NCBI GenBank assembly: GCA_905178155.1
Contig: CAJINV010000006.1
Location: forward strand, 276,461 to 315,296
Length of the DNA stretch: 38,836 nt
Direction: 5' to 3'
DNA from: Amoebophrya sp. A120
Taxonomy: Eukaryota; Protista; Dinoflagellata
Under the pieces are notes generated by a model. It was not told the origin of the DNA. It saw nothing but the letters and a program-made list of their open reading frames with translations, and did no database searches. A program made the position numbers and the translations under genes. Each line of letters opens with the position of its first letter. Within the stretch, counting starts at the first letter, position 1. Positions 11,312-24,500 of this stretch are shown here, piece after piece.

Positions 11312-13954
11312 TCACCTGCCACCCTGCTGTTCCTTCTTCTGCTTTTTCCCACTTCGTTTGGCAGTCTTCGTTTTCCCGTGATGCTTCTTCACCTTACAGG
11401 CCCCATCTCCGGTGCGTGAGTGCAGTTTGAAATACGGTTTTCCGACCGCAGAAGACACCTTACTGCCCGGATGCGCGCAGACCGACGAATCGCCATCCTG
11501 CCCCCCCTCACTGCCTGCCGGAGCGTCGGTGCTCCAGGCCGCCTTGAGGGTTCCCATCGTCGCCGACACCTGCTTCCACACGTCGGAAGCCACTTTTTGC
11601 ACGCCGCGTCTGAAGGCGCGTGCCTGTGCCGTGTTGGCGGGGAAAAATTGAAGTAGCCCGACGCTATGCGAAATCGGGTTGCTGTTTCCATCGAGCTGCC
11701 GGGCCGGCCAGCCGTGCTCGCAGGCTGTGGGCGTGTTTCCCTGCATGGCTTCGAATTCCCCAAACATGCGGAAGAGATCGGCGTCGCTCATTTCCGTGCA
11801 GCCACGGGACAGCTCCGGATCGAACGTCCAGTTCCCGGCCCAACAAATGTCGTCCCGGTTCGCCTTGTCGCAGTCGAGTTTCAAAACGCAGGCCTGGTTG
11901 CCGTTGCCGGGATCAGGACACAGTGCGAGACGACGGGCGTTCGCACCACCGGGGCCAGTGCAAAACTCTCCTTGCTCGTGACGGAAGTGCTCCCCGTCCT
12001 TCCCGACACCGGCGCAAGGCGCCGCCGCATTCATCACTGGCACCACACCGTCGTAAGTGCCACTCATCTGTGGGTGCAGATGGCTCCACGACTTCTTGTT
12101 CGCCGCAAGATCGGCTTTGATCTTGTCAGCCTCCTGTTGCCCGGCGGCTGCCGACTTCCACGCCTTCGCTGCGGCTGCCTCCGCCTCCCGCGTTTCTCGC
12201 GCAACCTTGTCGCGACGCTGCGTGTTGGCGCGGAGGCTGTCGATCAGGTATTGATGCTTCTCCACCAAATTCGGGGTTGGAGGGTCGAAGATACGCCCAT
12301 CACGGCACATCTGTATGCCCAGGGAGGATTGCGTGGGCCGCTCTTCGTAGTTCTCAGCGAGCGTTACGTCCCGCGAATTTTCCAGCTCAGCTCTCGGCAC
12401 GGCGCAGCAGTTGTTCGGATCTCGTAACGAGCAGACGGTCGTAAACGTGCGCCTCCACTCGGCCACTTCTTGTTCGTGGAATTCTGCGTCAGCTTCGTTT
12501 CGTTCTGCTTGGGCAGCCCCTTCTTTCAGGAGCTTCTTCAGATTGCGCTCAGCGGATTCTGCTTCGGCTTTGTTTCTTTCTGCTTGGGCAGCTCCTTCCT
12601 TCTGCAGCTTGTTTCGACTGCGCTCAGCGGCTTCGGCATCGGCCTCTGCTTGTTCTTGCCTCATCTCCGCTGCCTCGGCCTTTCGCGTCGCGGTTTCGGT
12701 CTTGCGGCCTGCGGCCTGGAGCAGCTCTTTCTGCGCTGCAATTACTCCTGTCAGCCTTTTCTCTTCGGTGTGAAAGTTAGGAAGGACCAAAACCTCGTCG
12801 GCATTGCAAGCTGGAGTAGAATAGGGCGCTGCAGTCGAGTTTTGTTGGTAGCCGTCAGCGAGAACCATGCCCTCCCGCGTTCGTACAGAACAGCATTCGG
12901 AGCCGTTCGTGGGGCAGACAAGCACGCGCGGCATGCGCTGTTCGTAAAGAACATGCTGCAGGACCCCGGTAAAGACGACGAACGCAAACACCCGGAGTGC
13001 CACCGAACGCCTCACGCACTCTGCGAAGGCTGACAAGTGCAAGGCAGCACTCGCATTCACAATTTGCCACCACCGTTGCGCAACGCCTAGTTGCAAAAAT
13101 CGTGTGAGCGCAGCGCGCACAGGCGTCGGCTGTCCACTCGGGCTTTCCCCGCCCTCAATTGCAAGCACGAGTTCAAGCGGCTCGGCTTGCGCAGGGGCAG
13201 TACGACACTCCGCTCGTCCCGTAGAAGACGCTCGACGGCGGGCCCGGGTGGTTCCATGTTCTTCGCGAGATTTCGACACACGCAGACTTCGTCCGTGGCT
13301 ACTGAGGGAACGGACCTGGGAGCCGACGTCTACAAGCGAAATAACGTTTTCTTTGTCTTCATGGAAGGTCAGGATGGTCTTGCCGCTGAGTTCCATGCCC
13401 AGCACCCGTTGTTCGTCTTCCCTACTGAGGCTGATTCCTGCAAGGAGCCGTGGTTTAAGGGTCAGCAGGTTCACAACACGTTCCCTGCGTTCCACTTTCT
13501 TCGAGAAGCTGCTGAAGGCGTCGCCCGGCCGCACGTCCTTAGGCCCTTCCATACGCTCAAACCGCATGAGCACGTTGCGCGCATTATCCCAGAGGCCGTC
13601 GACTCCCTCTTCGGGCCCCTCGGCCGGCGCTGCACCTCGCTCCCAATTTATAGCGGATTCCAGCGGGGTCGTCATGTGCCTCAGGGCGAATTTGGACGCT
13701 TCCCAGTTACTATAGGTGCGCGCCACGTCCGCGAGGTGCTGCAGCATGTGTCCTACGACGAATAAGGCCCCGTCGGATACCGCGGACGCGCCGAGTGGGA
13801 CACTCCACGATGCCACGGCAAGCATTACGCCTGCGTCACCTTTTCTTTGACGGCCTTGTGCGACAAGGAGAGCCTGTTTTTTGATTTGATTTGATTTTAG
13901 ATGTCCACGTTGCACCGAAGGGGGAGGGGCAGAGGCAGATGATGCTGTCGCCAA
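11312..13954 (-). CDS. Hypothetical membrane-anchored coiled-coil protein with repeated Cys modules (large exon; ends probably spliced)
   Basis: 880-codon ORF starting at TTG. It has a hydrophobic segment ALRVFAFVVFTGVLQHVLY, two related C-x6/7-CC-x-V...LA(D/E)(G/N)Y...C modules, E/A/K-rich helical repeats (KEGAAQAERN twice) and a Cys-rich C-terminal region. Confidence 0.75.
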   Translation of the reverse strand: MATASSASAPPPSVQRGHLKSNQIKKQALLVAQGRQRKGDAGVMLAVASWSVPLGASAVSDGALFVVGHMLQHLADVARTYSNWEASKFALRHMTTPLESAINWERGAAPAEGPEEGVDGLWDNARNVLMRFERMEGPKDVRPGDAFSSFSKKVERRERVVNLLTLKPRLLAGISLSREDEQRVLGMELSGKTILTFHEDKENVISLVDVGSQVRSLSSHGRSLRVSKSREEHGTTRARRRASSTGRAECRTAPAQAEPLELVLAIEGGESPSGQPTPVRAALTRFLQLGVAQRWWQIVNASAALHLSAFAECVRRSVALRVFAFVVFTGVLQHVLYEQRMPRVLVCPTNGSECCSVRTREGMVLADGYQQNSTAAPYSTPACNADEVLVLPNFHTEEKRLTGVIAAQKELLQAAGRKTETATRKAEAAEMRQEQAEADAEAAERSRNKLQKEGAAQAERNKAEAESAERNLKKLLKEGAAQAERNEADAEFHEQEVAEWRRTFTTVCSLRDPNNCCAVPRAELENSRDVTLAENYEERPTQSSLGIQMCRDGRIFDPPTPNLVEKHQYLIDSLRANTQRRDKVARETREAEAAAAKAWKSAAAGQQEADKIKADLAANKKSWSHLHPQMSGTYDGVVPVMNAAAPCAGVGKDGEHFRHEQGEFCTGPGGANARRLALCPDPGNGNQACVLKLDCDKANRDDICWAGNWTFDPELSRGCTEMSDADLFRMFGEFEAMQGNTPTACEHGWPARQLDGNSNPISHSVGLLQFFPANTAQARAFRRGVQKVASDVWKQVSATMGTLKAAWSTDAPAGSEGGQDGDSSVCAHPGSKVSSAVGKPYFKLHSRTGDGACKVKKHHGKTKTAKRSGKKQKKEQQGGR

Positions 13955-14205
13955 ACAGCTCTTTGCAAGGCCTGACTGGTTTCAAACTCAGGCATATGTA
14001 GGACTACAAGAAACAAGATCAACGGCACAAAAACGCGACTGCTCGTGCACCAGCTTCAAAGATAAGAAGTGTTTTTAGTCCTCCAAGTGCAAATGATCCC
14101 GAAAAGTCGCACGACGCGAGATCTATGTGCGAAAAATACTTGCATTCCGACTTCGATGGGCACTCATACTTACTGAGTGTGAGTACATCTACATAGTAGC
14201 CATAG

Positions 14206-16885
14206 TCAATAATATAAGTAGAAAGAAATAACTACATCTCGTTTCTCCTCAACGGATTCTCTCCCCCGTTGCCCGAACATTTCTGAGAGTCCGAGAAGCG
14301 CTGGCTTCGGCCGCGACCAATTTAGCTGCTCCACCAAAAGAACCGCGCGCGAGCGCATGAGCCCCTCACTCGTGACGGCTTTCTGAACTTCGTTTTCTAT
14401 GGCGGCAGCGAAGTGAGCCCTGGCGGCATCGTTGGCAAATGTGGTCTCGTTCCACCAAGAAGCCGCCTGCTGCTTGTCTCCGTGCTCAGCGTTGCCACCA
14501 CCATGACTAGCTTCAGTGGAAGCAATTTTGCCCCCGCGGAGCATGCTCAATCCAAGGAAGTTCATCGTTGCTACTGGTTCGGCACCATGCTCCGCCGATT
14601 GATTCCGATTTCCTTGCACAGGATTTCCGCCACGCGGAACAAGGGCAACACCGGCAGCCGTCCTGGCCTGTGGTTGTTGGAGCGAAAGTGAGGCTCTCGA
14701 CGGTCCTGGGCCGCCGTTTCCATCGTCGTCATCGTCGTCACTGGGGTCATCGTCATCATCGTCGTCCCCGAGATAGCCTGGTCCGCCTGTGTGGTATTGA
14801 GATTGGTTTCCAACTACAATATGCACAAATATTACGGCTTGTCAAGTTCAGAAGCAAATCAATGTTAAGTAATCAAGAAGTGACGTGCCGAGGAAAGTGG
14901 TGATCTTGCACCGGCGACTGGAGGTCATCATCTCTTTCAACGCCGCATCTCGAACCAAACGAAGTACCTTCCGTTGCAGAAAACGGCCCCTGCCTTCCTT
15001 CTAGAAGTAGTTCGAGACGGAAAAACAAGCCGTTGCTCGGAGTGGACTGGCGTGTGGCGGACCCGGAGATCGACAAAGGACCGAATTCCCCGTTCGCCCT
15101 TTCACGAACTTCATTGAGGAGGTCACCACCTCTCAGGACAGTGTCGATTGACGGCGGCGCTTCCTTTTTGCCGTGTCCATCCGTGTGCCTCCCCGCTCTG
15201 GCAAAAAGCAGATCTTGCATCCCGACTCGAGTCACGCTCCCAGCTGAGTCGCGAGAAAAGAGCCGCAAGCGAACTCCCCGCAAATATCCTTTCGGGGGCC
15301 GGCGCCCTCTCTGTCGCATCCTGCGCCGCTCCTCCACGTAAGCTTGATACGCTGCTCGAACTGGGGCAAAAATAGAGCGAAGCTCTATATCAGGATGCAG
15401 CGGAAATTCAGTCGCCAGTCGGACGTACTTCGCAAGCTGCGGATTCGCCGGCTGAGTTGTGACTCCGAGCTCAACATAAACGGTACTTGGCAACTGAACC
15501 GGAGCTGCACCTCCTCGCGATCCTCGCGATCCTCCTCCTGAAAAGTCAGCATTTAGGATCAGTATTTTGGCAGAGTAAAATCATACGAAAAAGAAGCTTT
15601 TTTCGATGATTCAAGCACCAGCAACTGTGACACACGTGGATGTCGTAGCATCTCATTTCGATCAAAATAAATAGAAAGAGAAAAGAACTTTTTGGCCACA
15701 ACGAGCCAGAACTGTAAACAAATGTCGCGAGCAATACTTCCTGTTATCGCCTCTTGTTCTGCTGCGCAGCGCGTCTTTGCAAAAGGCAAGTGCTTGTCAA
15801 AGAACTTGGAAGTCAGAAGTTTCTTCCCCTGCTGGCTAAGCCGCACCCGAGGACCATCGGCAGCCTCCTCGTCAGATCCGTCGCGCGCCAAATACATCAA
15901 ATACAATAAACGGCACCGGTGTTCCCGCTTCTCTCTGGGTGAGGCAGCACTCGGTGAAGTCGAGAAATAGTTCTGTTGCCAACGCTCGAAGCCCGTCCCC
16001 GCGCTGTCTCTCGGATCCAATGCTTTCTCTGTTATGTAGAAGATAAGGAAGAATTTTTTGTCGCCTGACGCCCACACTGTCCAACATTGTGATGTGCAAT
16101 CCCATCTGACCCAACTTCTCACACAACCCATGAAGCATCTTCGCTATCTTTGGAATTCGCTGGACGAAACACAACTGCCTGTATGACCTTCCTAGTCTCT
16201 GCTTGCTCAAATCTCGCCATCGAAAAATCTTTTTGGTTTGCAACCTCCACATATTCGACAACAAGAAAAAATTACTTACTGAAATACCGAGACACACGCC
16301 AAGGAGAATCATTTGCTGGCTTTCAACAGGGGGTCTCGGCCGTTCTCCAAACTTGAATATGAGCGTGTGGCATACCGACAGTGCCTCCTTCCACTTGGGG
16401 TTCCGTCCGGCACCATCATGAGATATAGCGCCGCGCAGCAGGTGTTTTTTTACAGGTCCAGTTGGATCTATGTCAAGGACGTCCCAATAGGCTAGCCCTC
16501 CTTGCATCATATCGAGCCGCAGCTGGCCCAATTGATCTCCAAGAACATCCCACAAATCGTCTATCACTTCTTCAGCCTCAGCCCGCGACCTGCTACTGAG
16601 CTTTGCCCTGACATCTGCGACCATGGCCGCAAAGACTGAATTGATCGCCTTGCAACCTGTGCAACCGCACCGGAACTTCTGCTTCACAACCTCTCTCCAC
16701 GGCTTCGCTTTCTTGTCGCCACCGAGCACCACCGGCGAACGGGGGCCTGAGGCTGCAGCAGAAACGAATCGAAGAACATTCGTCGTCGAAGATAATCTGC
16801 TAACCCAAATGCAACAGATGCCAAGGCAGCAACGCCACAACATCCTCCCCGGCGCAGACAGAGAGGCGTTCATTTTCTGCTCCAC
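14206..16885 (-). CDS. Hypothetical multi-exon gene(s), possible N-terminal signal peptide
   Basis: Four consecutive minus ORFs of 190-337 codons with protein-like composition. The first starts at ATG 16885 with a hydrophobic, Cys-rich N-terminus. Exon junctions not resolved. Confidence 0.45.
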
Positions 16886-18274
16886 AATGATGCAATTGCA
16901 CCGCTTCTTCTTCTTCTTGAGTACGTATAAAAAGCTGGAAATCTATGTCCACTTATCGTTACGATCCAGATCGAAATTGAATCCGTTATCAAGCAATAAA
17001 GCGAATATCGCTAGTAGAGGTACTCTACTGGACGTTTTGTAAACTCTTCAGCTACAGTTGTGTAAACACGACAAAGCCGGTGCCCGGTTTTCGAAAAGAG
17101 ACGGAAAGAAATAGATACTGACTGAAGCCTCTGTTGCGCTACTTGTACTCACGCTTAATGAAAAAATCAGCCAACTAAGCCTCGGAAGAGCTGTGCCAAT
17201 TGCAAGTATTTTTGTGATCTTCGGCGTTTGGCGGTGGTATAGCTGCCCAACTCGATTCATTTTATACAAAGCGCCATCGAGGATGGCACAGGGAAGGCAA
17301 AAAGCTCAATGACATGGGCAATCAATAATTTATACAATTTTCATTTACAACGAGACCACGGCACGGAAGTGCTTTCACATTTTAAGATCCTCTGTGTCTG
17401 TAATTCCAGATCTCATCTTGATATCCATATTTGATTGAATTCGGATTGGTATTTACCAGAGTGGAGCTTTCGTTTCTGGAACAATGTTCATTCGGTCAAT
17501 TCTCGTCAACTGGTGAACAAGACCGCTATGGACACGATTTGTAGACAGCCTGCACTATGTACATTTTCAGACACATCAATCTTACTACTGAACCGAGAGT
17601 GGCGGAAATGGAAGTTGATATCCCCGTATACGCAAGAGCAAGACGCAAGGCGTGCTCGCGTACTAGTACATTCAGGGTCGACAATTACACTTAGAAGAGA
17701 TAAAGATGAAAGCGATGAGCCATTCATTAGACAGCCGGCGAAGCATTTTTTTTCAGATCCTGCGCATTGATGTTGGTCCATTGGGTGCTCGTACACCGGA
17801 TAACAATAATCCTTATGTTCACTTACATATTTTTGTGCGCCCATTCATTTTACAGGTAGACTTATTCATTGTAAGTATCTGTGAAAAAGTTGACGAAGTT
17901 CTTCATCATCTTCGTGCAGACAAGCCAAGCACGAGTCGTGCACTGTTCTGTAAAAAGATCAATGACGTTTAAGGCTTATGCAACGCAAGAAAGCATTCTC
18001 AAATTTGATTCTAAGTATAGGTAAATCATACAGCAAAAGTATATACAAGGACGCCAAGTAGCGATTTTCTGGTGTGATGGAAGTGCCAATTACAGCTGTA
18101 ATCAAATCAGTAAGTAGCCAAGTGCGATTTTCTAACTAAGTCTTGCGTTTTCGTGTCCGGCAGCTCACAAGCCTGGAGTATGGCCTCCAGACAGCACGTG
18201 AGCACCTCCATGTCTCTCGACATCGTTTTCACCATGTCCACACCACACACACGGGCACGCACTTTCCGAAGAAG

Positions 18275-20305
18275 CTAACACAAGTCGTCCGCGATTTTGG
18301 ACGGCCGAGCAACGAGAAAGTCTGCTGGTCGGGCAGCTAACATGGTTGGCAACTTTGTTCTCGACGGATTGAGTTTCTTCAAAAACTTGTACGTCGGCGA
18401 GTCTTTCAGCCGTTTTGCGTGACAGCTTCGCCAGTCCCACTGAAACTGATCATACGACCATTGTAGTGCCTTTCCGTCGGAGCCCGACCGCCATTTTTCA
18501 GCGAATTTACGAAAAACGCGCCGGACGTACGGATACCAGGTCTCATCGATCGGGTCCTCCACCATAAAATTATTACGGCTTATCCACGTGTCATCCCAGG
18601 GGTTTAGACAATAACCTTTTTTGTGTTTGGTATGAAATTGAAATTCGAAAGCGCAATAGAAGAAAAGATTGCACCAGAATATTAAGTATGCTTAAAATTT
18701 TTTTTTGCCGATATTGCAAAAACAAACTGCCACAGATTTTTACCGTGCTTCACAGGAAATTCGAGGTTGTACACGTCCATATCCTTTTGAAAAAGGAATT
18801 CTGTGGCCATCGCTAGTCGGCATCTGCTATCCAAAACGTCCTTATTCGGGTTCACAGCCATATCCACCCGCGGCAGCACAGCATCGGGATTGGTCCTGGA
18901 AAACGACAGCGTTTCTGGGGGAGTCCATTTTACCAGCTTGGCCGTGCCCGCTGCACTTGCTCTTCTGCTACGGAAACGAGCTGCAATGGATTGGCGACTC
19001 TTCTTCTCTGGTACATTCTCATGAAAAAACTCTAGCACTTCTCGAAAAAAGGCTCTATCACTTTTGTGACATCCACTGGACAGGGCGGCGGAGCCGTAGG
19101 TTTCCGGAATGATCCACTCGCTACCCAGATCAAACTCATAGGCAGCCGCTGGGCTGCAGGTCTCGCGGCCCATCGTCATAAGCAATCGCACCTTTGATAA
19201 TAAATGCATTTGAAGATGAATCACAGCAAACTTGCATTCCATGTAGTAGTTTAGCGATACTTGTTCTTGTTACGCCCCAAAAAGCAGAATCGATACACAA
19301 GAAAACATCAAAAGCAACGGGTTCAAAAAGTGAAGGCGGTTTATGCTCCTACGGGTTCAAAAAGTAAAGTCCGCTACAAAATGATAGTACAAAGGAAAGT
19401 GTACTGGTACTGCCACAGAGTAAATATAAATCTGGATCAAAACTAACATGACTTACGCTCCACTCTGTCAAGTGTGGTGGAATTGCGTTTTGTGGTCCCT
19501 CGATTTCCTTCTGAAAGTAATGCAAGTAGCTTCTCCCGAGATCGACGTCTTTATTCCAATAGTCCCGAGGCAGGTTCGTTCCCACTTTTTCTCGTAGCAC
19601 CTCGAGGAAAAGGTCTTCACAGCTTTCCGTGCGGTTCGCGAGAGTCCGGTCATCAATGGCTTGAGAAAGTGCCGCCGCAGCAACTTTCCTGCCATTGGCA
19701 TCTTTCTGCGAATGCGATTTACTCGTGTGAAGGAGTGCTCCCGCCTCCGCTGCTGATAAAAAACTCAGAATGCCCTCGTTTTCATTGAGCTTCATGTTTC
19801 CAAACATCATCAGGCCTGGTTCGGCGTTCTTGATGTCGTCGAGCAGCTTGCGTTGCTCTCTCCGACCTGCCTCGTGTTGTTCCTCTTCGTTCCTCACTGT
19901 GGCGGGCGGATGTGAAGCATTGTTCTCGGCTGGGGAGCCGTCACTTCTGCTTCTTTTCGACGGTCTCCGGCCTGCGTCAGGGCTTGCCGATCGAGTACGC
20001 ACAGCATCATACAGCCTCTTCATGTGGGCTCGCACGGTTGCGACAGGGCGATCAGCAAAGGAACTCAGAGTTTTTGCAGCATTCTCAGGCACGTTAGCGA
20101 TTCTTCTCAGCTGCGACGCGCTGCGGTTTTCCCGCTCGTGCTGCAAGCGACTTTCATTCCTGCGAGGCGGTGGAAAACGCGAGTCGAGTTGCGAGCGTGC
20201 GCTTGCATTCAATTCTCCTTTACTGCTGCTGCTGCTGGCACATGTGCCACGAATTGCGCCGAGACACAATAGGTGGATGCCTAGAAGAGTACTGACCGAT
20301 CTCAT
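18275..20305 (-). CDS. Putative secreted protein with a Cys/Trp-rich domain; canonical GT-AG introns; 3' end uncertain
   Basis: Signal-peptide-like start MRSVSTLLGIHLLCLGAIRGTCA. Exons 20305-19457, 19191-18744 and 18615 onward are joined by GTAAGT...AAG and GTAAAA...AAG introns. All three exons align by eye with the 3' exons of the neighbouring kinase gene. Confidence 0.75.
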
Positions 20306-21562
20306 GCTTTGATTTTGATATGCTTCAAGAATACCATCAAAGCAGAATTTTCAAATTTAGATATCTCTTTTTGAATCTGCTACATCAACGACAAGCGTGT
20401 GGGGTATAAATATCTTTCGACGACGAGTCAAGAGCGCAAAGCTATAATCATACATAAACTGATGCTGTTCGGCATTATTTCAATTCTCTTTTATGTGCGA
20501 CGGTATATCAAGGTAGTATAGAGGTACTGGAGAAGATATGACAGCCTCTATCAGTAATCGTAAAATCATCAGTCAAAACCACCCATGTTCGAAATAAAAT
20601 TTTACAAAAATAAGTACATGTTTGCTGAAAACAAAATGGCTGTTGCTAGGTCGCTGATTTTTATGCGCTTTTGATACGAGTCCACGAGGCCTGAAACAGC
20701 TTTTACGGATCCTTCGTGAGCCTAAGGCTTTGGAGTGCAGCACACCATTCGTGGCCGTTCTACTTGTTCAGCAACATGAGACCGCGGAAGAGCCGCACTG
20801 ATAGTCAGACGGCACCGGTCGCCCCAGCAGCGATTGACTTTGAACAAGCTGACGTGCGCAATTCGTGCAAGGAAATCGTGGGTCATGCAATCTGATCTTT
20901 GCGGGCCCCAAGGAATGGCATTTCAAACAATTGCCCTTAGGAGTGGAGCGAATTTTCATCATCCTGTTCTTGCATTCGTTTTGTTAAATAAACGGCTGTG
21001 ACTAACATGGAGCCCAACTATTTCTGGATCAAGAACTTACCAACAATCTTTCATTTCAGAGCCCTTATCCGCGATTGCGACCAAGTAGCTGGGTTTGATG
21101 TGGTAGACAATTGGCCGGGCGTGTGGATAGGCGCCATGATTTTGAGTTGTCACAGGCAGTGCAAATTATTGGGGCTTCAAGACTAGGCACTTTATCTGCT
21201 TCTTTTTATTCGATCTGCATGCCTCGGACCATACTATCGCCTCAACCCAGATCGTCATCTAGTGACGCCAAGAGGAAGATGAGTATACAATTAGAAGTAA
21301 TTCATTGTGTCAGACGTCGCTGTTCCGCCACTCTTGTAGTTGTTCATTCTTTCACACATGGCGCAGCGGGGTTTTATTTTGATTTCTTGGAGGTCCGCCT
21401 CGCCTCTTGTAATTCGTGCTTCCGCCCCCGATGATACGCGGCCTTTGCAGTTCTCGTGCAAAAATACCAATTGCCATTTTGTTCGCTACGCGAAATAACC
21501 AGAAAATTGTCTTTAGAATGCCCCGTACTTTCCTTCTCGGAGCACATCTGATGAAGAAGCCG

Positions 21563-24500
21563 TCAAGACGGACCAGCTGGGAGTTCAATGTCTTGCAGTA
21601 GAGTAGCGAACTTGTCTTTGACGGCCTGGCTCCTGGGATGGAAATTTTCGTACATGTGCTTCGTAGTTCTGTTCCAACGAAACGGGTTTTCATTCTTGCA
21701 CGGAACGGAGCTCGACCGCGCCCTGGTCCAAGTCCAGCGAAAATGGCGATACGACCACTCGGCTCCTCTCGTGTCCGAACTCTGCCGCCAAAAAGACGCT
21801 CTGTTCTTGAAGTCCAGCTGGAAAAGCTCGTGCCATCTGGGATGCACAGCCGACGTTTCGGCAATTTCACCCTCGTTTTGGAGTTGTGAGAGCATGACTT
21901 CGGGCCATTGACGTGATTTCTTGGCCAGCGCCAGCGGCGAGTCGGTATTGAGGCAGTAACCTGTGAGCATTGCAAAAAGAAATTATTTGAAAAAACGTTC
22001 TGACGTACGAAGCTTCTGACGTACGAAGCGATCCATTGCTTCAGCTCCTGAGCTTTTACGCAACTCATTTGAAGCTAGCCAAACGCGAAATACAAAAATT
22101 GCAAAAAAAAAAAACAGCTCTGGACATGAGTGGTCCGCACATAGAGCAGCCATGGAAAAGATTTGAACTCGCGGAGCTTTCATTGGTGTAGCCAATAGTA
22201 ATATTAGAGATTTACTAAGTACCATATGGAACGCTGAAGCGGCGGACGACGAACTCCTCTATCCTGGTGTCCGCTTGAAACAGGTGCTCAGTCACCATAC
22301 CAATACGGCAGCGCCGCTCTCTAGCAGTCCGCTTTTCCTCATCGTCAACATGGACTCCGGCGTTCGACGTGCTACTACCCTGTATGCTGGGGTTGCTGTT
22401 CCTGTAAATCAGAGGATCGTCCCACACCACTACCGAGGATTCGGTCCCATTTTCCCTCCGTTTCTCGTGGAAAAAGTTCCATACCTCTCCGAAAAATTTC
22501 TTGTCTTCGCGAACGCATCCCGAACGCAAGCGTTCCGGATCGTAGACAATGTCTTCATACATGGGCCAATTGAAGTACTCCTTGTTCAGATCCCCTTGCG
22601 GCAGATCAACGTGACAGAAGGGCATCAACGCTAGAATCGTCGCAACCTGGATGAATATAACATCGACGAATGCAGCAGGTGATAGAAGATTGAGATTTAC
22701 TTACTACGGGATTCACTATAAAATATTCTTAGAGGAAACGAGTACCAGAAGAAGAAGAAGATGCTCGTCTCAAATCTCATTACATTTACAATATAGAGTA
22801 AATAATCATATCTATCAAATTTTCTTATACCGCCCAGCGGTCAGCAGGGAAAGCGAGGTCCTCGTCTGCGGCTGTGGCAGGTATCCCTAGTGCCGCGTTC
22901 GCCTCCAGCAGCCTGTCTTGACCGAGGTCCACTTCCTGATCGCAAAAATCACCAGGCTTCGAGTCTCGTCCTATACGTTCGTGAAGAACCTCGAGAAAGA
23001 GATCTTCACAACTTTCTCCGTGCTGCTGCCGTCTCATCAGCGACTTGACGCCTGATTCGTCCGCTTCTGTTTCTTCGTGTTGCTGCCACGCGATTTGGGT
23101 CCCGCTTTCGCCCAGGTGTCTATTGCTCTTTTGCATTTCTGTGCCCCCACCAGTCGTAGTCGTGCTACCGGATAGCCCTGCCGTTCTTGTTGATTCCTGC
23201 ACCGGCGCGACGTACGCCGCGGAACTAGACGAGCTAGTACCGCCTGACATCGGGCGGTTGCCACGATCTTGCCCTGACTCTGTGGCAACTGCGCCGCCAC
23301 CAGCTGGGCGCCAGGGTGCTGAGGAGCTCGAGGAGCCGCCTTCTACGACACGAGACGCAGAATCAGCACCACCACCATCACGACCTGCAGGTGAGCTTTC
23401 ATCGGGGAACTGCGCCTGCTCTGCAGTTTCCGGTCTGTCGTCATCTTCGTCGGAAATCGCTTCCAGCTGTTCGTCGAAGTAGTCATAGCCGTTTGCCACA
23501 GAGCCCGCTTCCAGGCTTGATGATAGTACAGATATTTGTCCGTCGTCTGATGCGTTTTCACCTTCATCGAAACTATCATCTGGGTTTTCACCCTCCCGTG
23601 GAGGCTGTTGGTCTTCGTCTTCTTGTGCGCCGGTTCCGACCACTTCCGATCCTTGTGTGCTCGATGATACATGCCCGCTGTGCTCATTAGCGCGGGCGCC
23701 TTCAGTGTGGCTACCAGTTGCCGTGTGAGGAGTCCCAGGGGGACTCGAGGCATCAGGGAGTGAGGAACCAGGAGCACCTTCCCCTGTCGGATGATTGGCG
23801 ATTCCCGTACGGGCTGAAGCTCCTTGCGCAGAGCCGCTCTGGTTGTCCAGAATCGGATTTGAGGTGGCTGTGCTTGAGCTACTTGAACGTTGGCCCAAAA
23901 GATCGATCCTGCCACTACCCTCAGCTGACGACTGGTCAGTTCCAACAGCAACGCCACAACCCGAATCACTACTCGCAGCCGTCGTGGACTGTAGTTCTGC
24001 ACTGTCGGACGTGCCTGTGCGCGGTCGCATTTGCGCCGTGTCTGTTCCGTCTTGCTGCGGCAACACCTCCTGCTGTGCAACACTTGATGTGGCAGCAGAG
24101 TGGAGAAGTTCTTGGTCTTGCTGCAGTTCGAGATCCTGATCATGAAGGCTGGTAGTTCCCGGCGACTGGTTGCCTTCCTCGCCTTCTCTTGTCCTTTGCT
24201 GTGCCCCCGCTGCGGGGTTTTGTTCAGCACTGCTCATCGTTTGCTCGGTGCTGGGACTACAACCACTCGTACTATCCGTCTGATCAGCACTTTCCGGAGG
24301 ATCAGGCGGTGACGCGGACGGAGCAGATGATGGTGGCTCACGGCTACCCGCTGCTGGTACTTCACCTGCTTGAGCTTCTACAGCATCCGGGTCAGCTGCA
24401 GGACTAGTTGCAGTTGCCGGACTTGCAGTCGAAGCCGCGGTGGTCGGTTCAGCAGGTACTGCCGGCTGAGCCGGCACCGCAGCAGCAGGAACCACTACTG

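Noticed and set aside
11666-13765. Plus-strand ORFs of 200-250 aa
   Set aside because: They are antisense shadows of the 880-codon minus ORF.
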